A stretch of DNA of 64,000 nucleotides from Acidimicrobiales bacterium (GTDB lineage Bacteria > Actinomycetota > Acidimicrobiia > Acidimicrobiales > MedAcidi-G1), in assembly GCA_029577135.1 (NCBI GenBank), contig JARQPW010000001.1, positions 42,022 to 106,021 on the forward strand. The letters are read 5' to 3'. Of the stretch, positions 31,382-40,100 are shown piece after piece. The notes under the pieces are model-generated. The model had not been told where the DNA came from. It ran no database searches and saw nothing but the letters and a program-made list of their open reading frames with translations. Numbering within the stretch: position 1 is the first letter of the stretch; each line of letters starts with the position of its first letter. Position numbers and translations under genes: made by a program.

Positions 31382-31855
31382 ATGGACATCACGACCCTCG
31401 CCCTGCTGCTGACCCGCCTCGGGCGCCTCAACGAGCAGTTCCTCACCGACCACTGCCGCGCCCACGGCACCACCCCTGCCGAGTTGCAGGTGCTGATGCT
31501 GCTGCATCACCACCGCGACGAGCACCTCAGCCCCAGCGCCATCGGCGGCTTCATCGTCCAGACCTCCGGCGGGCTGACCGCCACGCTGCGCCGCCTCGAG
31601 GAGGCCGGCTGGATCGACCGCCGCCCCGACCCCGACGACGGGCGCGGCCGCCTCGTCGCCCTCACCGGCGAAGGCGCCTCGTTCCACGACGCCGTCTTCG
31701 CCGACCTGCTCGACCGCTACCGCCTGGTGTTCGCCGACCTCGGCGACGACGCCGCCCTCGACGCCGTTCGCTCGCTCATGCGCGGCTTCGAGCGCCTCGC
31801 CGGCAGCAGCCTGAGCGCCGACTGGACCTACCGGCCCACCGTGGCCGCAACCTGA
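31382..31855 (+). CDS. MarR family transcriptional regulator
   Basis: Winged-helix region LSPSAIGGFIVQTSGGLTATLRRLEEAGWIDRRPDPDDGRGRLVALTGEG. Confidence 0.85.
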   Translation: MDITTLALLLTRLGRLNEQFLTDHCRAHGTTPAELQVLMLLHHHRDEHLSPSAIGGFIVQTSGGLTATLRRLEEAGWIDRRPDPDDGRGRLVALTGEGASFHDAVFADLLDRYRLVFADLGDDAALDAVRSLMRGFERLAGSSLSADWTYRPTVAAT

Positions 31856-31865
31856 GGAGTCCCCC

Positions 31866-32642
31866 GTGTCCGACCAGCCCGCACTCAACCTCGTCCCCCT
31901 CTCCGGGCGCATCGGCGCCGCCGTCACCGACCCCGACCTCGACCTGCTCCTCGCTGACGAGGGGGCGCAGGCCGAGCTGCGCCAGGCCCTGCTCGACCAC
32001 ATGGTCGTCGTGCTCCGGGACCTCGACCCCACGCCCGAGCAGCACCTGGACCTGGCCCGGGTGTTCGGCGAGCCACTGCCCGGCGAGGCCAACAACCCCA
32101 GCCACCCCGACTTCCCCGACATCGTCGTGTTCGACAGCGAGGGCGGCTACAAGGCCGACCGCTGGCACACCGACGTGACCTTCCGACCGGTGATCCCCAA
32201 GGCGGCCGTGCTGTGCATGCGGGTCAACCCCGAGGTCGGCGGCGACACCATGTGGACCAACTGCTGCGACGCCTGGGACGAGCTCTCCAACGGGATGAAG
32301 CGGCTGCTCGAGAACCGCCGGGCGTACCACGAGATCGTCCCCGGCCACGGCGCCGAGCACCCCGTCGTCGTCACCCATCCCGAGACCGGCCGTCAGGCGC
32401 TGTTCGTGAACGAGATCTTCACCCGGCGCATCGTCAACCTGCCGCCCTACGAGTCGGACGCCATCCTGCCGTTCCTCATCGAGCACGTGAAGCGACCCGA
32501 GTTCACCTACCGCCACCGTTGGGCCGCCGGCGACATCGTGATCTGGGACAACCGGGTCACGCAGCACTACGCCCTGTTCGACTTCGTGGGGCGTCGCATG
32601 GTCCACCGGGTCGGCATCGCCGGCACCGCTCCCGCCGCCTGA
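31866..32642 (+). CDS. TauD/TfdA family Fe(II)/2-oxoglutarate dioxygenase
   Basis: WHTDVTF (H-x-D), and HRWAAGDIVIWDNRVTQH with the distal His. 258 aa. Confidence 0.9.
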   Translation: MSDQPALNLVPLSGRIGAAVTDPDLDLLLADEGAQAELRQALLDHMVVVLRDLDPTPEQHLDLARVFGEPLPGEANNPSHPDFPDIVVFDSEGGYKADRWHTDVTFRPVIPKAAVLCMRVNPEVGGDTMWTNCCDAWDELSNGMKRLLENRRAYHEIVPGHGAEHPVVVTHPETGRQALFVNEIFTRRIVNLPPYESDAILPFLIEHVKRPEFTYRHRWAAGDIVIWDNRVTQHYALFDFVGRRMVHRVGIAGTAPAA

Positions 32643-32662
32643 GCCGGCCGCCCGAGGACCCC

Positions 32663-34210
32663 GTGCGCACCGGACCCCGAAACCCGTTCCTCGCCGAATC
32701 CGAGAACCCGATCGCCCACGGGCGCTGCGACCAGCAGGACAACACCGCCCTCACCGGCCCCCGGCCGGACGGCCACCTCGTCCTCGGCGGCGACCAGCGC
32801 CAGCACGCCTGGCTGGGCCCGGGCCACTTCGGCAGCCTCATCTCGGGCCCGTACCCCGACGGGCGGCGGGTGATCTGGAGCAACGGCCGCCAGCAACTCG
32901 CCAAGCTCGACTACGACACCCTCGAGGTGCTCGCCACCTACGCCATCCCCGGCGAGGAGCCGACGGCGCTCGACACCATGCAGGTCGACCTGGCCGGCCT
33001 CGACGACCTGGACGGCGACGAGGCCGTCATGCACGCCGCCGACCTGGCGATGCGCTACCTCACCGGCCTCGACGGCGTCTACGCCCTGCTCGACCAGGAT
33101 CAAACCCTGTTCCTGGGTCGCAAGACGCACGCCGTCGCCTACGCCGACGCCACCCCCGGCGACCGGCACTCGGCCATCGTCGAGAAGGCCCGTTGGGACA
33201 AGCCCGACCACATCGACGGCTTCTTCGTGGGCGCCAACCTCACGTTCGACGGCCGCCTCGTGCTCACCACCGACCACGGCTGGGTGGTGTGCCTCGAACG
33301 CGACTTCTCGTCGTACGAGGCGATCCGGCTGCCCCGGGCCGCCGAGGACGCCGCCGCCCACTGCGCCCGCATGGAGGAGCAGCGCGGCAACACCGGCTAC
33401 GGCTGGGTCCGCACCTCCACCTGCGTGGATGAGGACGGCGGCATCTACCTCAGCTCCGTGGACCACACGCACAAGGTGGTCTGGACCGGCGAGCGGCTTT
33501 CGCTCGACGAGTCCGACGGCGCCTGGAGCGCCGGGTACCGCAACGGCAACGGCACCGGTTCGGGCACCACGCCGTCGCTCATGGGCTTCGGGCCCGACGA
33601 GGACCACTTCGTCGTGATCGGCGACGGCGACCCGGTCGTCAACATCACGCTGATGTGGCGCGACGAGATCCCCGACGACTGGCAGCAGCTCCCGGACGCC
33701 CCGTCCCGACGGATCGCCGGCATCGGCCCCGCCAACATGGGAAACCCGGACCTGCCGGCCATCCAGACCGAGCAGTCGATCACCGTGTCGGGCTACGGCG
33801 CCATGACCGTCAACAACGAGCCGTCCTCTCTGCCCGGGTGGCTGCCGCAGCGCGGCGCCCGGCTGCTCTGCTTCTTCCTCGGCCACCATGCCGCCTACAC
33901 CCCGTTCGGCCTCCACAAGTACGAATGGGACCCGGAGGCCCGCCAGCTCCGCCAAGCCTGGGTGAACACCGAGGTGAGCTCGCCCAACTCGGTGCCGGGC
34001 GTGAGCCAGGGCGCCGACCTCGTCTACACATGCGGTACCCGGGGTGGGAAGTGGACCATCGAGGCCATCGACTGGACCACCGGCGAGTCGGTCGGATCGT
34101 GGACGGTCGGCGGCTCGCAGTTCAACAGCCTCGGCGGCGGCGTCCACATCGACGACGACGGCCGCATCCTCTACGGCAACATCTTCGGCAAGACGCGGCT
34201 CCTCGTCTGA
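32663..34210 (+). CDS. conserved-looking hypothetical protein (~515 aa), no family assigned
   Basis: Long ORF with GC3-rich codon usage, 20 nt after the TauD stop. GTG 32663 is the first in-frame start past the TauD gene. No signal peptide or TM segment seen, and repetitive Gly/Asp/Trp-turn segments suggest a beta-rich fold. Confidence 0.55.
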   Translation: MRTGPRNPFLAESENPIAHGRCDQQDNTALTGPRPDGHLVLGGDQRQHAWLGPGHFGSLISGPYPDGRRVIWSNGRQQLAKLDYDTLEVLATYAIPGEEPTALDTMQVDLAGLDDLDGDEAVMHAADLAMRYLTGLDGVYALLDQDQTLFLGRKTHAVAYADATPGDRHSAIVEKARWDKPDHIDGFFVGANLTFDGRLVLTTDHGWVVCLERDFSSYEAIRLPRAAEDAAAHCARMEEQRGNTGYGWVRTSTCVDEDGGIYLSSVDHTHKVVWTGERLSLDESDGAWSAGYRNGNGTGSGTTPSLMGFGPDEDHFVVIGDGDPVVNITLMWRDEIPDDWQQLPDAPSRRIAGIGPANMGNPDLPAIQTEQSITVSGYGAMTVNNEPSSLPGWLPQRGARLLCFFLGHHAAYTPFGLHKYEWDPEARQLRQAWVNTEVSSPNSVPGVSQGADLVYTCGTRGGKWTIEAIDWTTGESVGSWTVGGSQFNSLGGGVHIDDDGRILYGNIFGKTRLLV

Positions 34211-34271
34211 GCGACGCAGCCCCGACCCTCCCACGGCCCGACCCGGACGCGCCGTTAGCCTGCATCCGGTC

Positions 34272-37200
34272 ATGGACGCTGAACAGCCGTACCCCGACGT
34301 CGGCAAGGCCGACTTCCCCGCCATCGAGGAGCGGGCCCTCGGGCGCTGGGCGTCCGAGGGCACCTTCGCCGCCTCGGTAGACGCCCGCCCCGACGACCTC
34401 GAGTTCACGTTCAACGACGGGCCGCCGTTCGCCAACGGACTGCCCCACCACGGGCACCTCCTGACCGGCTACGTCAAGGACGTCGTCCCCCGCTACAAGA
34501 CCATGCGGGGCCACAAGGTCACCCGCCGCTTCGGCTGGGACTGCCACGGCCTGCCCGCCGAGATGGAGGCCGAGAGCCAACTGCCGGTCGCAGGCCGGGC
34601 CAGCATCATCGAGTACGGCATCGAGGCCTTCAACGACCACTGCCGCTCGTCGGTCATGCGCTACGCGGGCGAGTGGGAGAAGACGGTCACCCGACAGGCC
34701 CGCTGGGTCGACTTCGAGCACGACTACAAGACCATGGACCGCGACTACATGGAGTCGGTCATGTGGGCGTTCAAGCAGCTCTGGGACAAGGGCCTCGTCT
34801 ACGAGGCGTTCCGGGTCATGCCCTACTCGTGGGGCGCCGAGACGCCGCTGTCCAACTTCGAGATCCGCCTCGACGACGCCACCCGACCCCGCCAGGACCC
34901 GGCCATCACCGTGGCGTTCGACCTCGAACCGGCCGACGGCGACCCCGGCCCGCTGCGCCTGCTGGCCTGGACGACCACGCCGTGGACCCTGCCGTCGAAC
35001 CTGGCTATGGCGGTCGGCCCCGAGGTCACCTACTCGATGCACCGCGACGCCGACGGCGCCGTCCATGTGCTGGGCGCCGAAGCCGTCGAGCGTTACGCCG
35101 CCCAACTCGAGGGCACCGAGCCCATCGGCACCCTGTCCGGCGCCGACCTCGTGGGCCGCACCTTCACGCCGCTGTTCCCGTACTTCGCCGACCGCACCGA
35201 CGCCTTCCGGGTGCTCGGCGCCGGCTTCGTCAATGCCGCCGAGGGCACCGGCGCCGTCCACATGGCCCCCGGCTTTGGCGAGGACGACCAGGTCACCTGC
35301 GAGGCCAACGGCATCCCGATCGGCCGGGTGGTCCCCGTCGACGACCACGGCTGCTTCACCGACGAGGTCACCGACTGGGCCGGCGTCAATGTGTTCGAGG
35401 CCAATGCCGACATCATCCGTCACCTCAAGGACGCCGGCCGGATCGTCCGCCACGACACCCACGAGCACAACTACCCGCACTGCTGGCGCACCGACACGCC
35501 GATCATCTACAAGGCCATCTCGTCCTGGTTCGTGAAGGTCACCGACATCCGGGAGCAGATGCTCGGGCACAACGCCGGCATCAACTGGGTGCCCGGGCAT
35601 GTCCGCGACGGCCGCTTCGGCATGTGGCTGGACGGCGCCCGCGACTGGTCGATCAGCCGCAACCGCTTCTGGGGCTCTCCGATCCCGGTGTGGCGCAGCG
35701 ACGACCCCGAGTACCCGCGGATCGACGTCTACGGCAGCCTCGACGAGATCGAGGCCGACTTCGGCGTGCGCCCCGACGACCTGCACCGGCCGTTCATCGA
35801 CGACCTGACCCGCCCCAACCCCGACGACCCGAGCGGCAGGTCGACGATGCGCCGGGTGCCCGAGGTGCTCGACTGCTGGTTCGAGTCGGGATCGATGCCG
35901 TTCGCCCAGTTCCACTACCCGTTCGAGAACGAACAGTGGTTCGAGGACCACTTCCCCGCCGACTTCATCGTCGAGTACATCAACCAGACGCGCGGCTGGT
36001 TCTACACGATGCACGTGCTGGCCACGGCGCTGTTCGACCGGCCGGCCTTCCAGAACGTGATCTGCCACGGGATCCTGCTGGCCGAGGACGGCACCAAGCT
36101 CTCGAAGAAGCTGCGCAACTACACCGAGCCGACCGAGATCTTCGACCGACAGGGGGCCGACGCCCTGCGCTGGTACCTCATGTCGGCCAACATCCTGCGG
36201 GGCGGCGACCTGCGCATCAGCGACCACGGCATCGACGACGTGGTCCGCCAGGTGCTGCTGCCGATCTGGAACGCCTATTCGTTCTTCACGCTCTATGCGA
36301 ACGTCGACGGGCACCGGGCCAGATTCCGCACCGGCGCCGGCGGCCTGCTCGACCGCTACCTGCTGGCCAAGACCCGGACGATGGTCGAGGCGGTCACCGA
36401 ACGCACGGACGCCTACGACCTGCCCGGCGCCACGGCCGAGCTGCAGGGGTTCATCGACGCCCTCAACAACTGGTACATCCGCCGCAGCCGCGACCGCTTC
36501 TGGGCCAAGGCCTCGGCTGCCAACGAGGCCGACAAGCGCGACGCCCACGACACCCTCTACACGGTGCTCGTCACCTTCGCCCGGACGGCGGCGCCGTTCC
36601 TGCCGATGGTGATGGAGGAGGTCCACGGGGGCCTGACCGGCGGCGACAGCGTCCATCTGGCCGACTGGCCCGACCCGGCCGACCTGCCCGCCGACGCCGA
36701 CCTCGTGGCCCGCATGGATCGGCTGCGCGACGTGGCCTCGACGGCACTGCGCCTGCGCGAGGACCACGGGCTGCGGGTGCGGCTGCCGTTGGCGTCGCTC
36801 ACGGTCGCCGGGGCCGACGCCGAGTCGCTGGTTGACCTCGTCCACCTGCTGGTCGACGAGGTCAACGTGAAGGCGGTCGAGCTGACCGACGACCTCGAGG
36901 CCCACGCCACCTTCCGGCTCCAGCCCGACGGACGGGTGCTGGGCCCGCGCCTCGGCGGCGGCGTGCAGGCCGTGTTCGCCGCTGCCAGGGCCGGCGAGTT
37001 CACCCGCAACGACGACGGCACCGTCGAAGTCGCCGGCGAGACCCTGCAGCCCGACGAGTTCGTCCTGGCCCTCGAGTCGCCCGCGGGAGTCACCGCCGCG
37101 GCGCTCGGCAGCGGCGACGGCGTGGTGGTGCTCGACACCGGGGTGACCCCCGAACTCGAGTCCGAGGGCCTGGCCCGCGACGTGGTCCGCCACGTCCAGC

Positions 37201-37418
37201 AGGCCCGCCGCGACGCCGACCTCGTGGTCACCGACCGGATCCTGTTGTGGCTCGACGGGGACGACGCCCTGCTCGACGCGGTGCGCACCCACGAGGCGCA
37301 CGTGGCCGGCCAGGTGCTGGCTGCCGAGGTCGCCTACGGCGCCGCGGACGATGCCACGCACACGGCCGAGGCGACCGTCGAGGGCAGGTCCCTCATGCTC
37401 TCGATCCGGCGCACCTGA
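34272..37418 (+). CDS. ileS: isoleucine--tRNA ligase
   Basis: HIGH-type motif PHHGHLLTG and KMSKS-type motif KLSKKLRNY. Editing domain and length (1048 aa) match IleRS. Confidence 0.97.
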   Translation: MDAEQPYPDVGKADFPAIEERALGRWASEGTFAASVDARPDDLEFTFNDGPPFANGLPHHGHLLTGYVKDVVPRYKTMRGHKVTRRFGWDCHGLPAEMEAESQLPVAGRASIIEYGIEAFNDHCRSSVMRYAGEWEKTVTRQARWVDFEHDYKTMDRDYMESVMWAFKQLWDKGLVYEAFRVMPYSWGAETPLSNFEIRLDDATRPRQDPAITVAFDLEPADGDPGPLRLLAWTTTPWTLPSNLAMAVGPEVTYSMHRDADGAVHVLGAEAVERYAAQLEGTEPIGTLSGADLVGRTFTPLFPYFADRTDAFRVLGAGFVNAAEGTGAVHMAPGFGEDDQVTCEANGIPIGRVVPVDDHGCFTDEVTDWAGVNVFEANADIIRHLKDAGRIVRHDTHEHNYPHCWRTDTPIIYKAISSWFVKVTDIREQMLGHNAGINWVPGHVRDGRFGMWLDGARDWSISRNRFWGSPIPVWRSDDPEYPRIDVYGSLDEIEADFGVRPDDLHRPFIDDLTRPNPDDPSGRSTMRRVPEVLDCWFESGSMPFAQFHYPFENEQWFEDHFPADFIVEYINQTRGWFYTMHVLATALFDRPAFQNVICHGILLAEDGTKLSKKLRNYTEPTEIFDRQGADALRWYLMSANILRGGDLRISDHGIDDVVRQVLLPIWNAYSFFTLYANVDGHRARFRTGAGGLLDRYLLAKTRTMVEAVTERTDAYDLPGATAELQGFIDALNNWYIRRSRDRFWAKASAANEADKRDAHDTLYTVLVTFARTAAPFLPMVMEEVHGGLTGGDSVHLADWPDPADLPADADLVARMDRLRDVASTALRLREDHGLRVRLPLASLTVAGADAESLVDLVHLLVDEVNVKAVELTDDLEAHATFRLQPDGRVLGPRLGGGVQAVFAAARAGEFTRNDDGTVEVAGETLQPDEFVLALESPAGVTAAALGSGDGVVVLDTGVTPELESEGLARDVVRHVQQARRDADLVVTDRILLWLDGDDALLDAVRTHEAHVAGQVLAAEVAYGAADDATHTAEATVEGRSLMLSIRRT

Positions 37419-37437
37419 CGCCTGCCCGATCGTCCCG

Positions 37438-37456
37438 GACGCGCGCTCCGCGCGTC
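37438..37456 (+). terminator. candidate terminator hairpin after ileS
   Basis: GACGCGCG-ctc-CGCGCGTC is a perfect 8-bp GC stem 20 nt after the stop. No U-tract. Confidence 0.35.
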
Positions 37457-37534
37457 GATCCCCCACTTTCCCGGCCTCTCTGCCCACGCTGAGCGCGTGC
37501 CGGTGAGAAACCTGCCGCACCCGCGAGGATTCTC

Positions 37535-37570
37535 TTGACACGGGTGTAATTACATGCGTGAAATACATGA
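37535..37570 (+). promoter_or_regulatory. candidate promoter/operator upstream of nrdA
   Basis: TTGACA (37535-37540), then 18 nt to TGAAAT. The AT-rich patch contains the palindrome TGTAATTACA and the direct repeat AATTACATG / AAATACATG. Confidence 0.3.
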
Positions 37571-37679
37571 CCCGGGCTTCACGCCACTCCCCCAGCAGGT
37601 GCGAAGTGGCGTGCCGTCCGGGAGACACAACGGGACCCCGCAGGCAACGAGTGCCGACGGGAAGGGAAGGGAACCCCAC

Positions 37680-40100
37680 ATGGCGTTGACCGAGGACCAC
37701 GCACTCTCCACCGAGGGCCTCGACGAAGCACCCGCCATCGGCGGATCGCAGATGATGGTACGCAAGCGCAACGGCGACCTCGAGCCGGTCGACCTCAACA
37801 AGATCGTCCGCGCCATCCATCGTTGCGCAGAGGGCCTGTCGGGCGTCGACCCGATGAAGATCGCCACGCGCACGATCTCCGGCCTCTGTGACGGCGCCAC
37901 CACCGAGGAGCTCGACGCTCTGTCCATCCGCACCGCCTCGACGCTCATGGTCGAAGAGCCCAACTACTCCCGCCTGGCCGGCCGCCTCCTCGCCACGGTC
38001 ATCGACAAGGAGGTACGGAACCAGAACATCCACTCCTTCTCGCAGTCGGTCCTGGTCGGCCACGAACTCGGCATCATCGGCGACACAACGGTCGAGCTCG
38101 TCACTGCCAACGCCCGCAAGCTCGACGACACGGTCGTCCACGACCGCGACAACCTCTTCGAGTTCTTCGGCCTGCGCACCGTCTACGACCGCTACCTGCT
38201 GCGCCACCCCGAGACCCGTCACGTCCTCGAGACCCCGCAGTACTTCTTCCTGCGGGTGGCCTGTGGCCTGTCCACCTGCCCGGACGAGGCCATCCGCTTC
38301 TACGAGCTCATCTCGTCGCTCCAGTACCTGCCATCCAGCCCGACACTGTTCAACTCGGGTACGACCCACTCGCAGATGTCGTCGTGCTACCTGCTCGACT
38401 CGCCCGAGGACAGCCTCGAGGGGATCTACAAGCGCTACACCGACATCGCCCGCCTCTCGAAGTTCGCCGGCGGCATCGGCGTGGCGTGGCACCGCATCCG
38501 GGCCAAGGGCTCGCTCATCAAGGGCACCAACGGCCTGTCCAACGGCATCGTGCCGTGGCTCAAGACCCTCGACAGTTCGGTCGCCGCCGTCAACCAGGGT
38601 GGCCGCCGCAAGGGCGCCGCCTGCATCTACCTCGAGTCCTGGCACGCCGACATCGAGGACTTCCTCGACCTGCGCGAAAACACCGGCGACCACCAGCGCC
38701 GCACACACAACCTCAACCTTGCCAACTGGATCCCTGACCTGTTCATGGAACGGGTCGAGAAGGACTGGGTCTGGTCGCTGTTCGACCCCAAGAAGGTGCC
38801 GCACCTCACCGACCTCTTCAGCGACGAGTTCCAGGCCGCCTACGTCAAGGCCGAGGAGGAGGGCCTCTATGAGCGCCAGGTCCCGGCCCGCGAGCTCTAC
38901 AGCCGCATGATGCGCTCCCTCGCCCAGACCGGCAACGGCTGGATGACCTTCAAGGACGCCTCCAACACCAAGTGCAACCAGACCGGTGAGCCCGGCCGGG
39001 TCGTGCACCTGTCGAACCTGTGCACCGAGATCATCGAGGTCACCGACCAGGACGAGACGGCTGTCTGCAACCTGGGCTCGGTCAACCTCGGATCGCTTGT
39101 CGTCGACGGTGCCTTCGACTTCGAGCGCCTCGGCGAGGTAGTCCGCATCGCCGTGCCGTTCCTGGACCGGGTGATCGACATCAACTACTACCCGACCCCT
39201 GAGGCCGAGCACTCCAACTCGCTGTGGCGGCCGGTGGGAATGGGGCTTATGGGCCTCCAGGACGTGTTCTTCAAGCTGGGCCTGCCGTTCGACTCCCCCG
39301 AGGCGCGCTCCCTTTCTGCCCGCATCTCCGAGGAGATCTACTTCAACGCCCTGTGGGCCTCGACCGAGTTGGCCGAGTTGGCCGGGCCGCACGAGAACTA
39401 CTCGATCACCCGGGTGGCGCAGGGCGACCTGCAGTTCGACCTCTGGGGCATCGAGCCCAGCGACGTCGAGCGCTGGCAGGGACTGCGCGACCGAATCGCC
39501 GAACACGGCCTGCGCAACTCGCTGCTGATCGCCATCGCCCCCACCGCCACGATCGCCTCGATCGTCGGCTGCTACGAGTGCATCGAGCCCCAGGTCTCCA
39601 ACATCTTCAAGCGCGAGACGCTCTCGGGCGAGTTCCTCCAGATCAACCGCTACCTGGTCCGCGAACTCCAGGGCCGAGGCATATGGGACGAGGCGATAGC
39701 CAACAGGATCAAGTCCACCGAGGGCTCCATCCAGGGCATCGACGACATCCCCGAAGACGTCCAGGCCGTCTACCGAACGGCATGGGAGGTCCCGATGCGA
39801 TCGCTCATCGACATGGGCGCCGAGCGCGGGGCCTTTATCGACCAGAGCCAGTCGCTGAACCTGTTCATGGAGTCGCCCACCATCGGGAAGCTCTCGTCGA
39901 TGTACCTCCACGCCTGGAAGTCGGGCCTCAAGACCACCTACTACCTGCGGTCCCGCCCAGCCACCCGCATCAACAAGACGACCACCAATGGCAACGCCCC
40001 GCCCCCCGAGCAGAAGCCTGCCGAGGCCAAGGCGTTCACCGACGCCGAAGCCGTTGCCTGTTCGCTGGAGACCCCAGAGTCCTGTGAGGCGTGCGACTGA
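37680..40100 (+). CDS. nrdA: class I ribonucleoside-diphosphate reductase alpha subunit
   Basis: ATP-cone-like start VRKRNGDLEPVDLNKI, catalytic blocks (SSCYLL, NLCTEI, PTATIAS) and a C-terminal CxxC tail (SCEAC). The ATG at 37680 is preceded by a GGGAAGGGAAGGGAA RBS region. Confidence 0.93.
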   Translation: MALTEDHALSTEGLDEAPAIGGSQMMVRKRNGDLEPVDLNKIVRAIHRCAEGLSGVDPMKIATRTISGLCDGATTEELDALSIRTASTLMVEEPNYSRLAGRLLATVIDKEVRNQNIHSFSQSVLVGHELGIIGDTTVELVTANARKLDDTVVHDRDNLFEFFGLRTVYDRYLLRHPETRHVLETPQYFFLRVACGLSTCPDEAIRFYELISSLQYLPSSPTLFNSGTTHSQMSSCYLLDSPEDSLEGIYKRYTDIARLSKFAGGIGVAWHRIRAKGSLIKGTNGLSNGIVPWLKTLDSSVAAVNQGGRRKGAACIYLESWHADIEDFLDLRENTGDHQRRTHNLNLANWIPDLFMERVEKDWVWSLFDPKKVPHLTDLFSDEFQAAYVKAEEEGLYERQVPARELYSRMMRSLAQTGNGWMTFKDASNTKCNQTGEPGRVVHLSNLCTEIIEVTDQDETAVCNLGSVNLGSLVVDGAFDFERLGEVVRIAVPFLDRVIDINYYPTPEAEHSNSLWRPVGMGLMGLQDVFFKLGLPFDSPEARSLSARISEEIYFNALWASTELAELAGPHENYSITRVAQGDLQFDLWGIEPSDVERWQGLRDRIAEHGLRNSLLIAIAPTATIASIVGCYECIEPQVSNIFKRETLSGEFLQINRYLVRELQGRGIWDEAIANRIKSTEGSIQGIDDIPEDVQAVYRTAWEVPMRSLIDMGAERGAFIDQSQSLNLFMESPTIGKLSSMYLHAWKSGLKTTYYLRSRPATRINKTTTNGNAPPPEQKPAEAKAFTDAEAVACSLETPESCEACD

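Noticed and set aside
34000-34271. A possible T-box leader upstream of ileS, reported for some actinobacterial ileS genes.
   Set aside because: Only 61 nt separate the upstream stop from the ileS ATG, and I found no T-box sequence (..GGGTGGTACCGCG..). The GGTACC nearby is inside the upstream coding region.
37545-37679. A possible cobalamin riboswitch upstream of nrdA, as known for Streptomyces nrdAB.
   Set aside because: Fragments resembling conserved pieces (GCCACT, GGTGCGAAGTGG, CCCGCAGGCAAC) occur in the wrong order and spacing for the B12 element. A covariance-model scan would be needed to be certain.
37554-37679. An upstream ATG (MREIHDPGF...) extending the RNR alpha ORF.
   Set aside because: The extra residues have no RNR similarity and overlap the AT-rich promoter-like region. 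ATG 37680 has a purine-rich RBS and is followed by the ATP-cone-like start.
34122-39911. A 1929-aa minus-strand ORF, the longest in the track.
   Set aside because: It is antisense to ileS and nrdA, both confidently identified on the plus strand. Its translation is low-complexity and rich in G/R/V/A/D/E, typical of stop-free antisense frames in high-GC DNA, with no motifs.
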